Shown in pieces: positions 19,246 through 28,079 of a stretch of DNA of 64,000 nucleotides. Numbering within the stretch: position 1 is the first letter of the stretch; each line of letters starts with the position of its first letter. A program made the position numbers and the translations under genes. Source of the stretch: Phycisphaerae bacterium (lineage in GTDB: Bacteria > Planctomycetota > Phycisphaerae > Sedimentisphaerales > UBA12454); assembly GCA_041661665.1 (NCBI GenBank), contig JBAZTW010000003.1, forward strand, positions 7,088 through 71,087, given 5' to 3'. The notes beneath the pieces were generated by a model. The model did not search any database and had not been told where the DNA came from. It saw nothing but the letters and a program-made list of their open reading frames with translations.

Positions 19246-19446
19246 ATAAATAATGGCCATTTGGGCTGTTAAAAAAATACGCCGAAGGCCGATTCCATAA
19301 CTCAAAACTAAGAATTTAAAATTAAAAATTTCTTCTTTCCTCATTCAACGTTGGGCGTTAGATGTTGAATGTTCGACGTTCTTCTGGGTTTTACGTTCTT
19401 TGTACTATATTCTTTTTTTCTGATAACCGATAACTGAATTGCTGTT

Positions 19447-21306
19447 TTATCCTGTTGTTTTTCTTGCTGCTCTGCGTCTGTCTTCTTCTTTCAGGAATTT
19501 TTTGCGAATACGAATTGAATTTGGACAAATTTCGACATACTCATCTTCCTGAATATATTCCATCGCAATCTCAAGGCTCATTATGCGGGCGGGTCTTACT
19601 TTAGCGGCATCATCCTTGCCGGAGGAACGCATATTTGTAAGCTGTTTTAATTTGACAACATTTACGGGGATGTCGATTTCCTTACAGTGTTCACCGACGA
19701 CCTGGCCATCATAAACCCTGTCGCCCGGCGAAACAAAGAATATGCCCCTGTCATACAGCGCGTCTAAAGCGTAAGCTGTAACCTGGCCGGTTGTGGTAGC
19801 AACCATAACGCCTGCCTTGCGCTGCGGGATACTGCCTCGCATCAGGTCATATTTTTCAAACGAATGGTGCATAATCGCTCTGCCCTGCGTAGCGTTGAGC
19901 ATTCTTGCGTGCAGACCGAACAGGCCGCGCGACGGAATAATAAATTCCATATGCACAAAATCATTCGCGCCGCTTTTGGCGTCTATTTTTAATATCTCGC
20001 TTCGGCGGTCGCCAAGCAGACTCATCACAGAACCCTGACAATCAGTGGGACAGTCAACGGCAAGCAATTCTATAGGCTCATGTTTTTGGCCGTCCACAAT
20101 TTTTAAAATTACACTTGGTTTTCCAACACAAAGCTCAAAACCTTCACGGCGCATATTTTCGAGAAGTATGCCAAGGTGCATCAGTCCTCTGCCGGAAACA
20201 TTAAACTCTTCCGGCGTCTGACCTGGTGAAACCCGCAAAGCAACATTAGACTGAAGCTCTTTATCAAGTCTTATGCCGATTTGTCTGCTGGTGAGGTATT
20301 TGCCGTCTAAGCCTGCAAATGGGCCATCGTTGACACGGAAAGTCATCGACATCGTCGGCTCATCAACAGCGATAATCGAAAGCTGCGTCGGATTATCCGG
20401 GCAGGCGATTGTATTGCCGATGTCAACAGGGTCAAGCCCCGACACCGCGCAGATATCGCCGGCAAGAACTTCAGTAACGCGCCTTCTGCTCAGGCCGTCA
20501 AACTGATGAATATGCATAACCTTCTGTTGGGTATGTTCGCCGTTTGAATCAATAACTGTAACGCGCTGGTCTTCAGCGATTTGACCTGCAAAAACTTTGC
20601 CGATGGCGATTCTGCCGACATAATCCGAATACTCCAGACTTGTAACAAGCATCTGAAGCGGTGCGTCCGGGTCAACCTTTGGAGCCGGAATGTTTTTAAT
20701 AATAGTATCGAACACAATTTTCAGATTGTCGGTTTTCTTGTCCGGGTCATCCGAGGCCCAGCCTTCTCTGCCCGATGCGTAAATACAGGGAAAATCAAGA
20801 GCCTTGTCATCGGCACCGAGCTGCACAAGCAAATCGAAAACTTCATTTACAACCTCGTGCGGCCGACTATTCGGACGGTCAACCTTATTTATCACAACTA
20901 TCGGCCTAAGCTTATGTTCCATCGCCTTGGTAAGCACAAATCTTGTCTGCGGCATAGGCCCTTCAAACGCGTCAACCAAAAGCATAACCCCGTCAGCCAT
21001 TTTCAGAACACGTTCCACTTCGCCGCCGAAATCAGCGTGGCCGGGCGTGTCAATAATGTTAATTTTGTAATCGTCACCGTTGTCATCAGTGTAGTTGACG
21101 GCGCAATTTTTGCTCAAAATCGTTATGCCTCGTTCACGCTCAAGCGGGTTGGAGTCCATAATGAGGTTGTTTTCGCCACCGGCGAGTTTATCAAGGTCTT
21201 CAGTGCGAAACTGCCCCGATTGATACAATAATCTGTCAACCAAAGTCGTCTTGCCGTGGTCAACGTGGGCAATTATCGCTACATTACGAATATAATTTGA
21301 ATACAT
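19447..21306 (-). CDS. typA: translational GTPase TypA/BipA
   Basis: AHVDHGKTTL, DTPGHADF, NKVDR. Start set at the MYSNYIRNVAII Met. Confidence 0.92.
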   Translation of the reverse strand: MYSNYIRNVAIIAHVDHGKTTLVDRLLYQSGQFRTEDLDKLAGGENNLIMDSNPLERERGITILSKNCAVNYTDDNGDDYKINIIDTPGHADFGGEVERVLKMADGVMLLVDAFEGPMPQTRFVLTKAMEHKLRPIVVINKVDRPNSRPHEVVNEVFDLLVQLGADDKALDFPCIYASGREGWASDDPDKKTDNLKIVFDTIIKNIPAPKVDPDAPLQMLVTSLEYSDYVGRIAIGKVFAGQIAEDQRVTVIDSNGEHTQQKVMHIHQFDGLSRRRVTEVLAGDICAVSGLDPVDIGNTIACPDNPTQLSIIAVDEPTMSMTFRVNDGPFAGLDGKYLTSRQIGIRLDKELQSNVALRVSPGQTPEEFNVSGRGLMHLGILLENMRREGFELCVGKPSVILKIVDGQKHEPIELLAVDCPTDCQGSVMSLLGDRRSEILKIDAKSGANDFVHMEFIIPSRGLFGLHARMLNATQGRAIMHHSFEKYDLMRGSIPQRKAGVMVATTTGQVTAYALDALYDRGIFFVSPGDRVYDGQVVGEHCKEIDIPVNVVKLKQLTNMRSSGKDDAAKVRPARIMSLEIAMEYIQEDEYVEICPNSIRIRKKFLKEEDRRRAARKTTG

Positions 21307-21435
21307 AAAAAACTCGAAAAAAAGGTTAGTTAATCTGAGGATTGTTCTAATCATTTTTGCAGAAGCGGAGCAATATACACCATTTTCGGCAAATGTCAAT
21401 AGAATTGAGTAAATCTAATGAAAAGCTAATCGGTA

Positions 21436-21705
21436 TTACTCTTCGCCTTTTTCGAGCATTTTGCGAAGGTATTGGTTTTCTCTGCGGGTTGCTTCCAAAT
21501 CGAAGAGCAGATATTTGACGGTAAGGCGAAGATGGTCAAGCGAATCGTGAAGGGTTTCACCGCTTTTTTGCAGCTTTTCATTGTAAATTTTTGCCTGTTT
21601 GGCAAGAGAAAGCAATTTTTTACTCCGCTCGGCAGGCAAATCGTTGATTTCGTTAAGCAGTTCGTTGAGTCTAATTTCAAAAGTAGAAATATCCATTGTA
21701 CACAC
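21436..21705 (-). CDS. hypothetical coiled-coil protein
   Basis: 89-aa ORF with heptad-like sequence and no recognised family. Preferred over the overlapping low-complexity 204-aa ORF. Confidence 0.4.
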   Translation of the reverse strand: MCTMDISTFEIRLNELLNEINDLPAERSKKLLSLAKQAKIYNEKLQKSGETLHDSLDHLRLTVKYLLFDLEATRRENQYLRKMLEKGEE

Positions 21706-22259
21706 CCTTCCAGAAGCAAAAATCTTTTTCTTCCCTCCCTGCGAGTAGACAATATCCTTGATGAGTTTTTATGTGCAAAGGATATACCATCAGCCATTGA
21801 CAAAGTTTGACCTCTCAGTTTTGTGCCAAAAGAGGGGTTTTGAAGTTGCCAAAGGCGGGTTTTTTGTGATGAGAGATATTGCAAATTGCGCAAGTTTTGC
21901 CGCAATGTTGCAAAAAAAAGACACTCGATAGCACGAAAAGACGAAAAACTCAGATATATGGATATGAGGTAAAAGCCAATGTTGATTAAAATAAACATTA
22001 TATTGCGGATGTACAATGTTAAGTGTTTTATTGGTTGCAATTCGAAATAGATTTTGATAAAATAGCGAAGTTATGTTGGCTGCGTAGTCCAGCGTTTAAT
22101 AAATATTGGAAATCCCGATTTAAGAGACTACTAACGCACAACTTGATGCTCCTCGGGCGTGCCTGTTGAGGTTTTCAACAGCGCGTAGAGGCTCTCGGTA
22201 AAAGAGCCAAGACAGCTTGCCGAGCTGTTTTCTTAATTCAGCGATAAGGAGTGAGCGTG

Positions 22260-24542
22260 ATGAAGAAATGCAATCAGATATTGTGTATCTCTGTTTTTTT
22301 ACTGCTGATACTAAGCACATCAAATGCCGGTCAATTTCCTTCAGAGCCTAATGAACCGACAGTTTCCCAGCCTTGTAACGGAGAAGGCAAAGATATATAC
22401 TGCGGCCATTTGAAATCCACTCTCGCCGCACTTATGGCTCAGGGTTCCCAGCAGGCGAGGGACATTTACCGCGAATCGAATTCTTATACCGACATTCTTA
22501 ACTGTTCCTTAAACCTTGATATAAATCCCACTACGGAAATTGTCAGCGGCACAAACGCACTCACAGTGAAAAGTCTTATTAACGGTCTGGCTACATTCAC
22601 TCTCGACCTTCGCGACAATATGACCGTCGATAGCGTTACAGGCGATGTCGCTTCCTATACGCATCCGGGACACACTATCGAAATCACTCTCAACAGGCCC
22701 TATGATATAAATGAAATCTTTACTGTAACCGTTACCTATCACGGCATACCGCAAAACCTCGGTTTTTCTTCTTTCGACTGGACCACACACAACGGCAATG
22801 CAATTTTCGCAACGCTCAGTGAACCCTGGTTCGCACACACATGGTGGCCCTGCAAGGATGTTCTCGATGATAAATTTACAATGGATATGTGGGTTACAGT
22901 GCCGAGCTGGATGATTGTTACTTCAAACGGCCTTTTGCAGGGCACAGATTCAGTCGCAGGCGGGAAAACACGCTACCGCTGGCACGAATCGTATCCTATC
23001 GCCACCTACCTTGTTTCTTTGACCGGCACAAATTATGTTCACTGGACTTATAATTACAATCACGCCGCGGGTACAATGCCTGTGGAAATGTACGCTTATC
23101 CCGAAAGCGAATCCTACGTCCGCGGCATAACAGCCGACTTAGTAACGCAAATACAAACCTTCAGCAGCGCTTATGGCGAATATCCTTTCATCAACGAAAA
23201 ATACGGCATAACCCAGTTCCAGTGGAGCGGCGGAATGGAAAACCAGACCCTCACAAGTCAGGGCGCCTATGCCTCATGGCTCAACGCACACGAACTTTCA
23301 CATCAGTGGTGGGGCGATATGATTACCTGCAAAACCTGGCACGATATCTGGCTCAACGAAGGTTTTGCCACATATTCGGAAGCCGTATATGAAGAAAAAA
23401 GACCGGGCGGAAGTTATTCCTTGTATTTCAGCAGAATGCAGTCTCGAAGGCCGGGCTCTTACGGCGGAACCGTCTATGTTTATGACATCTCCGATTTCGG
23501 TGCGGTTTTTGATGGAACTACCGTCTATAACAAGGCCGCCTGGGTGCTTCATATGCTTCGGCACGTTGTCGGCGACGCTAATTTTTTTGACATTCTCGCT
23601 ACATACAGGTCTGCATACGAGGGCGACAGCGCGACGACCGAAGATTTCAGAGCTTCAGCGGAAAGCGTTTATGGCGGCGATTTACAGTGGTTCTTCGATG
23701 AATGGGTTTATAACGGCGGCGCTCCTTATTACAGATTCGGCTGGGAGCAGCAGCAAATCGGTTCGCAAAACTGGATGAGGTTATATATAAATCAATACCA
23801 GCAGGCCTCCTACGGCTATCCAAATTTCAAAATGCCAATCGACATAACCATTAATTCAGCTTCGACAACCCCCGTTTGGAATAACGCAGTCTCCCAGTGG
23901 TACCTGATCAAAACAGCCTCTCCCGTAACATCGGTGCAGTTCGATAAGAACACATGGATATTGCGAGGCACCACATCATCCGTTTCCTATGTAAAAGGCC
24001 CCGCAAAAATTATCGATACCGCGCCGCTGCCCAACCAGACTATTCACTCGGCAGTCCTTGACCATATCACCATACAGTTCAGCGAACCAATTACATACAG
24101 CAACTCCAATATAGCGGTAACCGGAAGCCTCACCGGGGCACAAAGTTTCTCAAGCGCCTTTTCTATGAGCAATTATATGCTTACTCTGACATTCCCACAG
24201 CCCCTAATGCAGGGGCAAACTTATACCGTTACAGTTACCGATGGCATTTTGACGCCGAGTTCAGGGTATGCAATCGATGGCGAACTATCATCCGGCTCGC
24301 CGTTATTCCCGTCAGGAGACGGATTACCGGGCGGAAACGCCGTATTTTCTTTTTACCTCGGTTATGGCGCAGACCTCTCCGGCGATAACAAGGTCAATTT
24401 CGATGACTTCGCTTTATTCGCCGCTCAATGGCAAAAAACAAATTGCGGCGCCTGCGGCGGCGCCGACCTCTCCGGCGACGGTAATGTTAATTTCTCCGAT
24501 TTAAAAATCTTTTCAGCCTCCTGGCTCGTAGAACCGCAGTAA
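22260..24542 (+). CDS. secreted M1 family metallopeptidase with C-terminal dockerin-like repeats
   Basis: WSGGMENQT, HELSHQWWGD and WLNEGFATY motifs, plus a signal peptide. Tail has ADLSGDNKVNFDDF / ADLSGDGNVNFSDL. ATG follows an AAGGAG site. Confidence 0.85.
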   Translation: MKKCNQILCISVFLLLILSTSNAGQFPSEPNEPTVSQPCNGEGKDIYCGHLKSTLAALMAQGSQQARDIYRESNSYTDILNCSLNLDINPTTEIVSGTNALTVKSLINGLATFTLDLRDNMTVDSVTGDVASYTHPGHTIEITLNRPYDINEIFTVTVTYHGIPQNLGFSSFDWTTHNGNAIFATLSEPWFAHTWWPCKDVLDDKFTMDMWVTVPSWMIVTSNGLLQGTDSVAGGKTRYRWHESYPIATYLVSLTGTNYVHWTYNYNHAAGTMPVEMYAYPESESYVRGITADLVTQIQTFSSAYGEYPFINEKYGITQFQWSGGMENQTLTSQGAYASWLNAHELSHQWWGDMITCKTWHDIWLNEGFATYSEAVYEEKRPGGSYSLYFSRMQSRRPGSYGGTVYVYDISDFGAVFDGTTVYNKAAWVLHMLRHVVGDANFFDILATYRSAYEGDSATTEDFRASAESVYGGDLQWFFDEWVYNGGAPYYRFGWEQQQIGSQNWMRLYINQYQQASYGYPNFKMPIDITINSASTTPVWNNAVSQWYLIKTASPVTSVQFDKNTWILRGTTSSVSYVKGPAKIIDTAPLPNQTIHSAVLDHITIQFSEPITYSNSNIAVTGSLTGAQSFSSAFSMSNYMLTLTFPQPLMQGQTYTVTVTDGILTPSSGYAIDGELSSGSPLFPSGDGLPGGNAVFSFYLGYGADLSGDNKVNFDDFALFAAQWQKTNCGACGGADLSGDGNVNFSDLKIFSASWLVEPQ

Positions 24543-24677
24543 ATCTCTATAATTGGCAGATTACCGAGCCTGCCGCGCAATACCCAAAAACGCAAGGTTA
24601 TGCTTGCGAAAAAACAGTCTGGGCGGTATTATAAGGCCGGTTAAAATATCGACAGCAGAATTTATGGAGAGCCTGAA

Positions 24678-25628
24678 ATGAGACCAAAACAGCTTGAGCA
24701 GTGGCAGTTTTTATTTATAGGAATGGCGATTGTGGGTATTGTTCTTTGGCCTTTGAGCCAATGGCTTACAACGCTAAGAGGCAGTTTTATTATGGCGGCC
24801 TATTTCGCCGCGGCTGTGGGTATTTTTGGGATACTGCAAGTGCTGGCGGAAACGATTAAAAATCTCAACCGGCAGCAGGAGAAAATAGAACAACTCAGCG
24901 AGTCGCTGACGGCAAACAAAAATCTGCTCGAACAAATTTCGCAGGAAGTTCGACTGTCCGAAGCGGCAAAGACTATCTGTTATCGCGATACCGACAGGCA
25001 GCTGCTGCGGGCAAGCGTGATTGAAAGACTTCATCAGCAGGATTTCGAGGCGACCTACGCGATGATTGACAACATTGAAAGGCGGCCGGAATATAAACAA
25101 TTAGCGGCAGATTTAAGACTTACCGCAGACCGATATCGCGACGCTACCGAGCAGGACAGAGTAAGCCAGGTAATTAATTATATCGACAGGCTTCTCGAAC
25201 AGCGTCAGTGGGCAAACGCCGAGACACAGATAGAAAGGCTCATTAAAAAATATCCCGATTCTGAAAAAGCCGGCGATATGAGCGAAAAACTTTTTGAGAA
25301 AAAAGAGAAAAGAAAAAGAGAGCTGCTCGACGAATGGGATACCGCGGTTAAGAAATCCGATATTGACCGGAGTCTTGAGGTTTTACATGAGCTTGACCTT
25401 TATCTTACGCCCAGCGAAGGGCTGGCTCTGCAGGAAGCGGCAAGCGAGATATTCAAAAACAAGCTGCATAATATGGGCGTTCAATTCTCGCTCGCTGTCA
25501 GCGATAAGCAGTGGGACAAGGCTCTTGAGACCGGACAAACCATTATCAGGGAATTTCCAAACAGCAAAATGGCTGACGAAATCAGAAACAAAAAAGAGAT
25601 ACTTCAGGAATTGGCGAAAAAACAATAA
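24678..25628 (+). CDS. hypothetical membrane-anchored helical/coiled-coil protein
   Basis: Two N-terminal TM segments followed by a long helical, TPR-like region. Confidence 0.5.
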   Translation: MRPKQLEQWQFLFIGMAIVGIVLWPLSQWLTTLRGSFIMAAYFAAAVGIFGILQVLAETIKNLNRQQEKIEQLSESLTANKNLLEQISQEVRLSEAAKTICYRDTDRQLLRASVIERLHQQDFEATYAMIDNIERRPEYKQLAADLRLTADRYRDATEQDRVSQVINYIDRLLEQRQWANAETQIERLIKKYPDSEKAGDMSEKLFEKKEKRKRELLDEWDTAVKKSDIDRSLEVLHELDLYLTPSEGLALQEAASEIFKNKLHNMGVQFSLAVSDKQWDKALETGQTIIREFPNSKMADEIRNKKEILQELAKKQ

Positions 25629-25665
25629 CCATCCGGCTTCGTCTTCGACTTCGCCGCGACAGGCA
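25629..25665 (+). repeat. repeat family R7 (37-mer CCATCCGGCTTCGTCTTCGACTTCGCCGCGACAGGCA)
   Basis: Identical to 35587-35623. Starts immediately after a stop codon. Confidence 0.85.
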
Positions 25666-25678
25666 AAGGACATAGAGA

Positions 25679-26566
25679 TTGCAGACTAAAATTATAACCA
25701 TCGGTTTAAGTCCCGCGTGGGATAAAACAATCGAAGTTGCGGGCGTCGAATGGGGTGAGCATAAAATAATCTCCTCACAGAAAATTATTCCAGCGGGCAA
25801 AGCTCTCAATATAAACAGGTCTCTTGCGCAGATGAAAATTCCGAGTATCGCGGCAGGTCTGTGGGGCGAAAATGACTGGGACAAAATGCAACAGGCCGTC
25901 ACGGCTTTGAAAAAATTTGTGCGGATTAAATTCATAAAAGCAAAAGGCGCGACAAGAGAAAATATAACTATCGTCGATGCCGCCAAAAAAAGGAATATAC
26001 ACCTTCGCAGCAAAAACACTCTTGCCAACGCAAAGTCATTATCGGATTTGAACAGGAATTTGAAAACGGTTATTACCAAAGACAGCATTTGCGTTTTCGC
26101 GGGCGCTCTGTCTGGCGGCAAACTTTTAAAACAAACCATATCACTGCTCGAAACTGCAAAACGCAGGCAGGCGAAAATTATCGTCGATAGTTCAGGCATC
26201 GAGTTTAAGAAAATCGTTTCTATGGGCGGATTGTTTATGATTAAGCCGAATGTCGAGGAACTTGGTGAACTTGTCGGCAGGAAAATTGAAAACCAAAAAG
26301 ATACGCTCGCCGATGCCGCCAGGAAATTTCTGAATAAAACGGAATTTGTTTTGGTCAGCAGAGGCGAAAAAGGAGCGATGCTCATAGGTAAGGATTTAAT
26401 TATCTCCACCGAATACTGCGGCAAAAAGTTCGATGTCTGCAATACCGTCGGCTGTGGCGATTACCTGCTGGCAGGTTTCATCGCGGGATTATGCAAAACG
26501 GGAGATTTAAAAATCGCACTCCAAACCGCCGTTCACAACGCAGCGATGCGGGCGTTTGGGAAATAA
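25679..26566 (+). CDS. PfkB family sugar kinase (1-phosphofructokinase-like)
   Basis: TTG start; ITIGLSPAWDKT, C-terminal TVGCGDYLLAGF. Confidence 0.8.
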   Translation: MQTKIITIGLSPAWDKTIEVAGVEWGEHKIISSQKIIPAGKALNINRSLAQMKIPSIAAGLWGENDWDKMQQAVTALKKFVRIKFIKAKGATRENITIVDAAKKRNIHLRSKNTLANAKSLSDLNRNLKTVITKDSICVFAGALSGGKLLKQTISLLETAKRRQAKIIVDSSGIEFKKIVSMGGLFMIKPNVEELGELVGRKIENQKDTLADAARKFLNKTEFVLVSRGEKGAMLIGKDLIISTEYCGKKFDVCNTVGCGDYLLAGFIAGLCKTGDLKIALQTAVHNAAMRAFGK

Positions 26567-26713
26567 GAAGTAAGGAAGCAAGGAAATAGGGAAGTAAAGA
26601 ACGTTGAACATTCAATGTCCAACTTCCGGGGAAAATAGGGCAGTTACCTATTTTGTATTGGTTGGAATAAAAACTTTTCTGAAGAGATTTCTCGGCTGCG
26701 CTCGAAATGACAC

Positions 26714-26749
26714 GAATCCCGGCAACACTTTGCCGGGGCTAACCACGAA
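26714..26749 (-). repeat. repeat family R8 (hairpin CCCCGGCAA..TTGCCGGGG)
   Basis: Reverse complement of the 55485-55520 copy, with a few mismatches. Confidence 0.7.
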
Positions 26750-26751
26750 AT

Positions 26752-28068
26752 TTAATTACCGATAACGGAGCGGATAGTATATTGTGAAAGTTTTTGCCTC
26801 CGGTCTGCGGACAGTTGAGTAATCACTGCGGACTGGTCGGAAGGTCTTGCGAAACTCGCATCGGCGACAGCATCATAAATATCGGCAAGCGTCATATTTT
26901 CAGCGACAGTGGAAGGGGCAAAGCCGACTGAAGGTTCAGATGTTCGTAAAATTATTTTCGCTGCGGTAAGATGGCCGAGAATTTTATCCGCGAATTCGGC
27001 GGGCAGGCAAAGATAACTGCTGATGAATTCGGCGGGAACAGGAGAATTCTTTTTCTCAAATTCCTTAAAAATCAAATTAACTATATTTATTACGTGTAAA
27101 TCAGAGGCGATGAAAAACTTCTGTTTAATTTGCTCGGCGGCACGCTCGGCATCTTCAATGGTTTTCAGATATTGGGTTGTGAACGTAAGCTGCAAGCCGA
27201 AAAGCACAATCAGCCAGGTGAAATAAATCCACAAAACACCCAGCGGGATAAGGCCGAGCACGCCGTAGACGACGCTGTATGGAATGAGTTTTATCATATA
27301 GAGACCGAATGCCCACTTGGCGACGAGAAAAATGCAGGCGGCCACAAACGCGCCCCATAACGCGGCTTTTGGATTAACTTTGGCGTTGGGCATCAGCATA
27401 TAGAGAGCGAACAATCCGATGAACGCAACAACGAAAGGCACGACAAAAGGAACTACCGGCCCGAGAAAGCTGAAGATATTTTTCCCCAGATATGCAGCGA
27501 TGCTGTATTTTGTATTAATATAAACAGCTACGCCGAGCAGAAAGGAGCCGAGAGTCAGGAATGTCCAGTAATAAGCTATTCGCTGGAGCAGATTTCGTCC
27601 GCGAACCACGCCCCATATAGTATTAAAGGAACTTTCTATGGTAATCAGCAGCGCGATTGCAACCCAGATAATAAGCACACTGCTGACAATGGTAATAGAG
27701 CCTTTATTGATATTGCTGTAAAAGCCGCTTGTGAATTCCTCGACTTTTTCCGAGAGTGTAATTTTTGCGGTTGATGTGTTTGGGTCAACCGGGTACTGAA
27801 CGTTTTTGATGAAAGTCTGCTCGTAGAAGAAATTTCTCATCTGTTTGCCGAGGTCATCAAATGTGCCCAGCGATTGGAAAATCAGCAGCATTACGATAGC
27901 CAGCGGCACGATTCCGAATATGGTATTGTACGACAGTATCGAAGCCTGGCGGTCGGCTCTGTTCTTCCACAGCAGTTTTACGCACCGCGGCCAGAGGTGA
28001 ATTTGAAAAACCACAAAGCGCGTGAACCTGCTGATATTGGTCGGCACTGATAATAGTTCATTTAACAT
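26752..28068 (-). CDS. YihY/BrkB family membrane protein
   Basis: 438 aa, multi-TM, with a soluble C-terminal extension. Confidence 0.75.
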   Translation of the reverse strand: MLNELLSVPTNISRFTRFVVFQIHLWPRCVKLLWKNRADRQASILSYNTIFGIVPLAIVMLLIFQSLGTFDDLGKQMRNFFYEQTFIKNVQYPVDPNTSTAKITLSEKVEEFTSGFYSNINKGSITIVSSVLIIWVAIALLITIESSFNTIWGVVRGRNLLQRIAYYWTFLTLGSFLLGVAVYINTKYSIAAYLGKNIFSFLGPVVPFVVPFVVAFIGLFALYMLMPNAKVNPKAALWGAFVAACIFLVAKWAFGLYMIKLIPYSVVYGVLGLIPLGVLWIYFTWLIVLFGLQLTFTTQYLKTIEDAERAAEQIKQKFFIASDLHVINIVNLIFKEFEKKNSPVPAEFISSYLCLPAEFADKILGHLTAAKIILRTSEPSVGFAPSTVAENMTLADIYDAVADASFARPSDQSAVITQLSADRRQKLSQYTIRSVIGN

Positions 28069-28079
28069 TGTCAGCTCCT

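Noticed and set aside
21426-22040. 204-aa minus-strand ORF
   Set aside because: It has odd composition (many F, L, S, C, K) and no motif. Its 3' part overlaps, in another frame, the more protein-like 89-aa ORF. The remainder coincides with the non-coding region.
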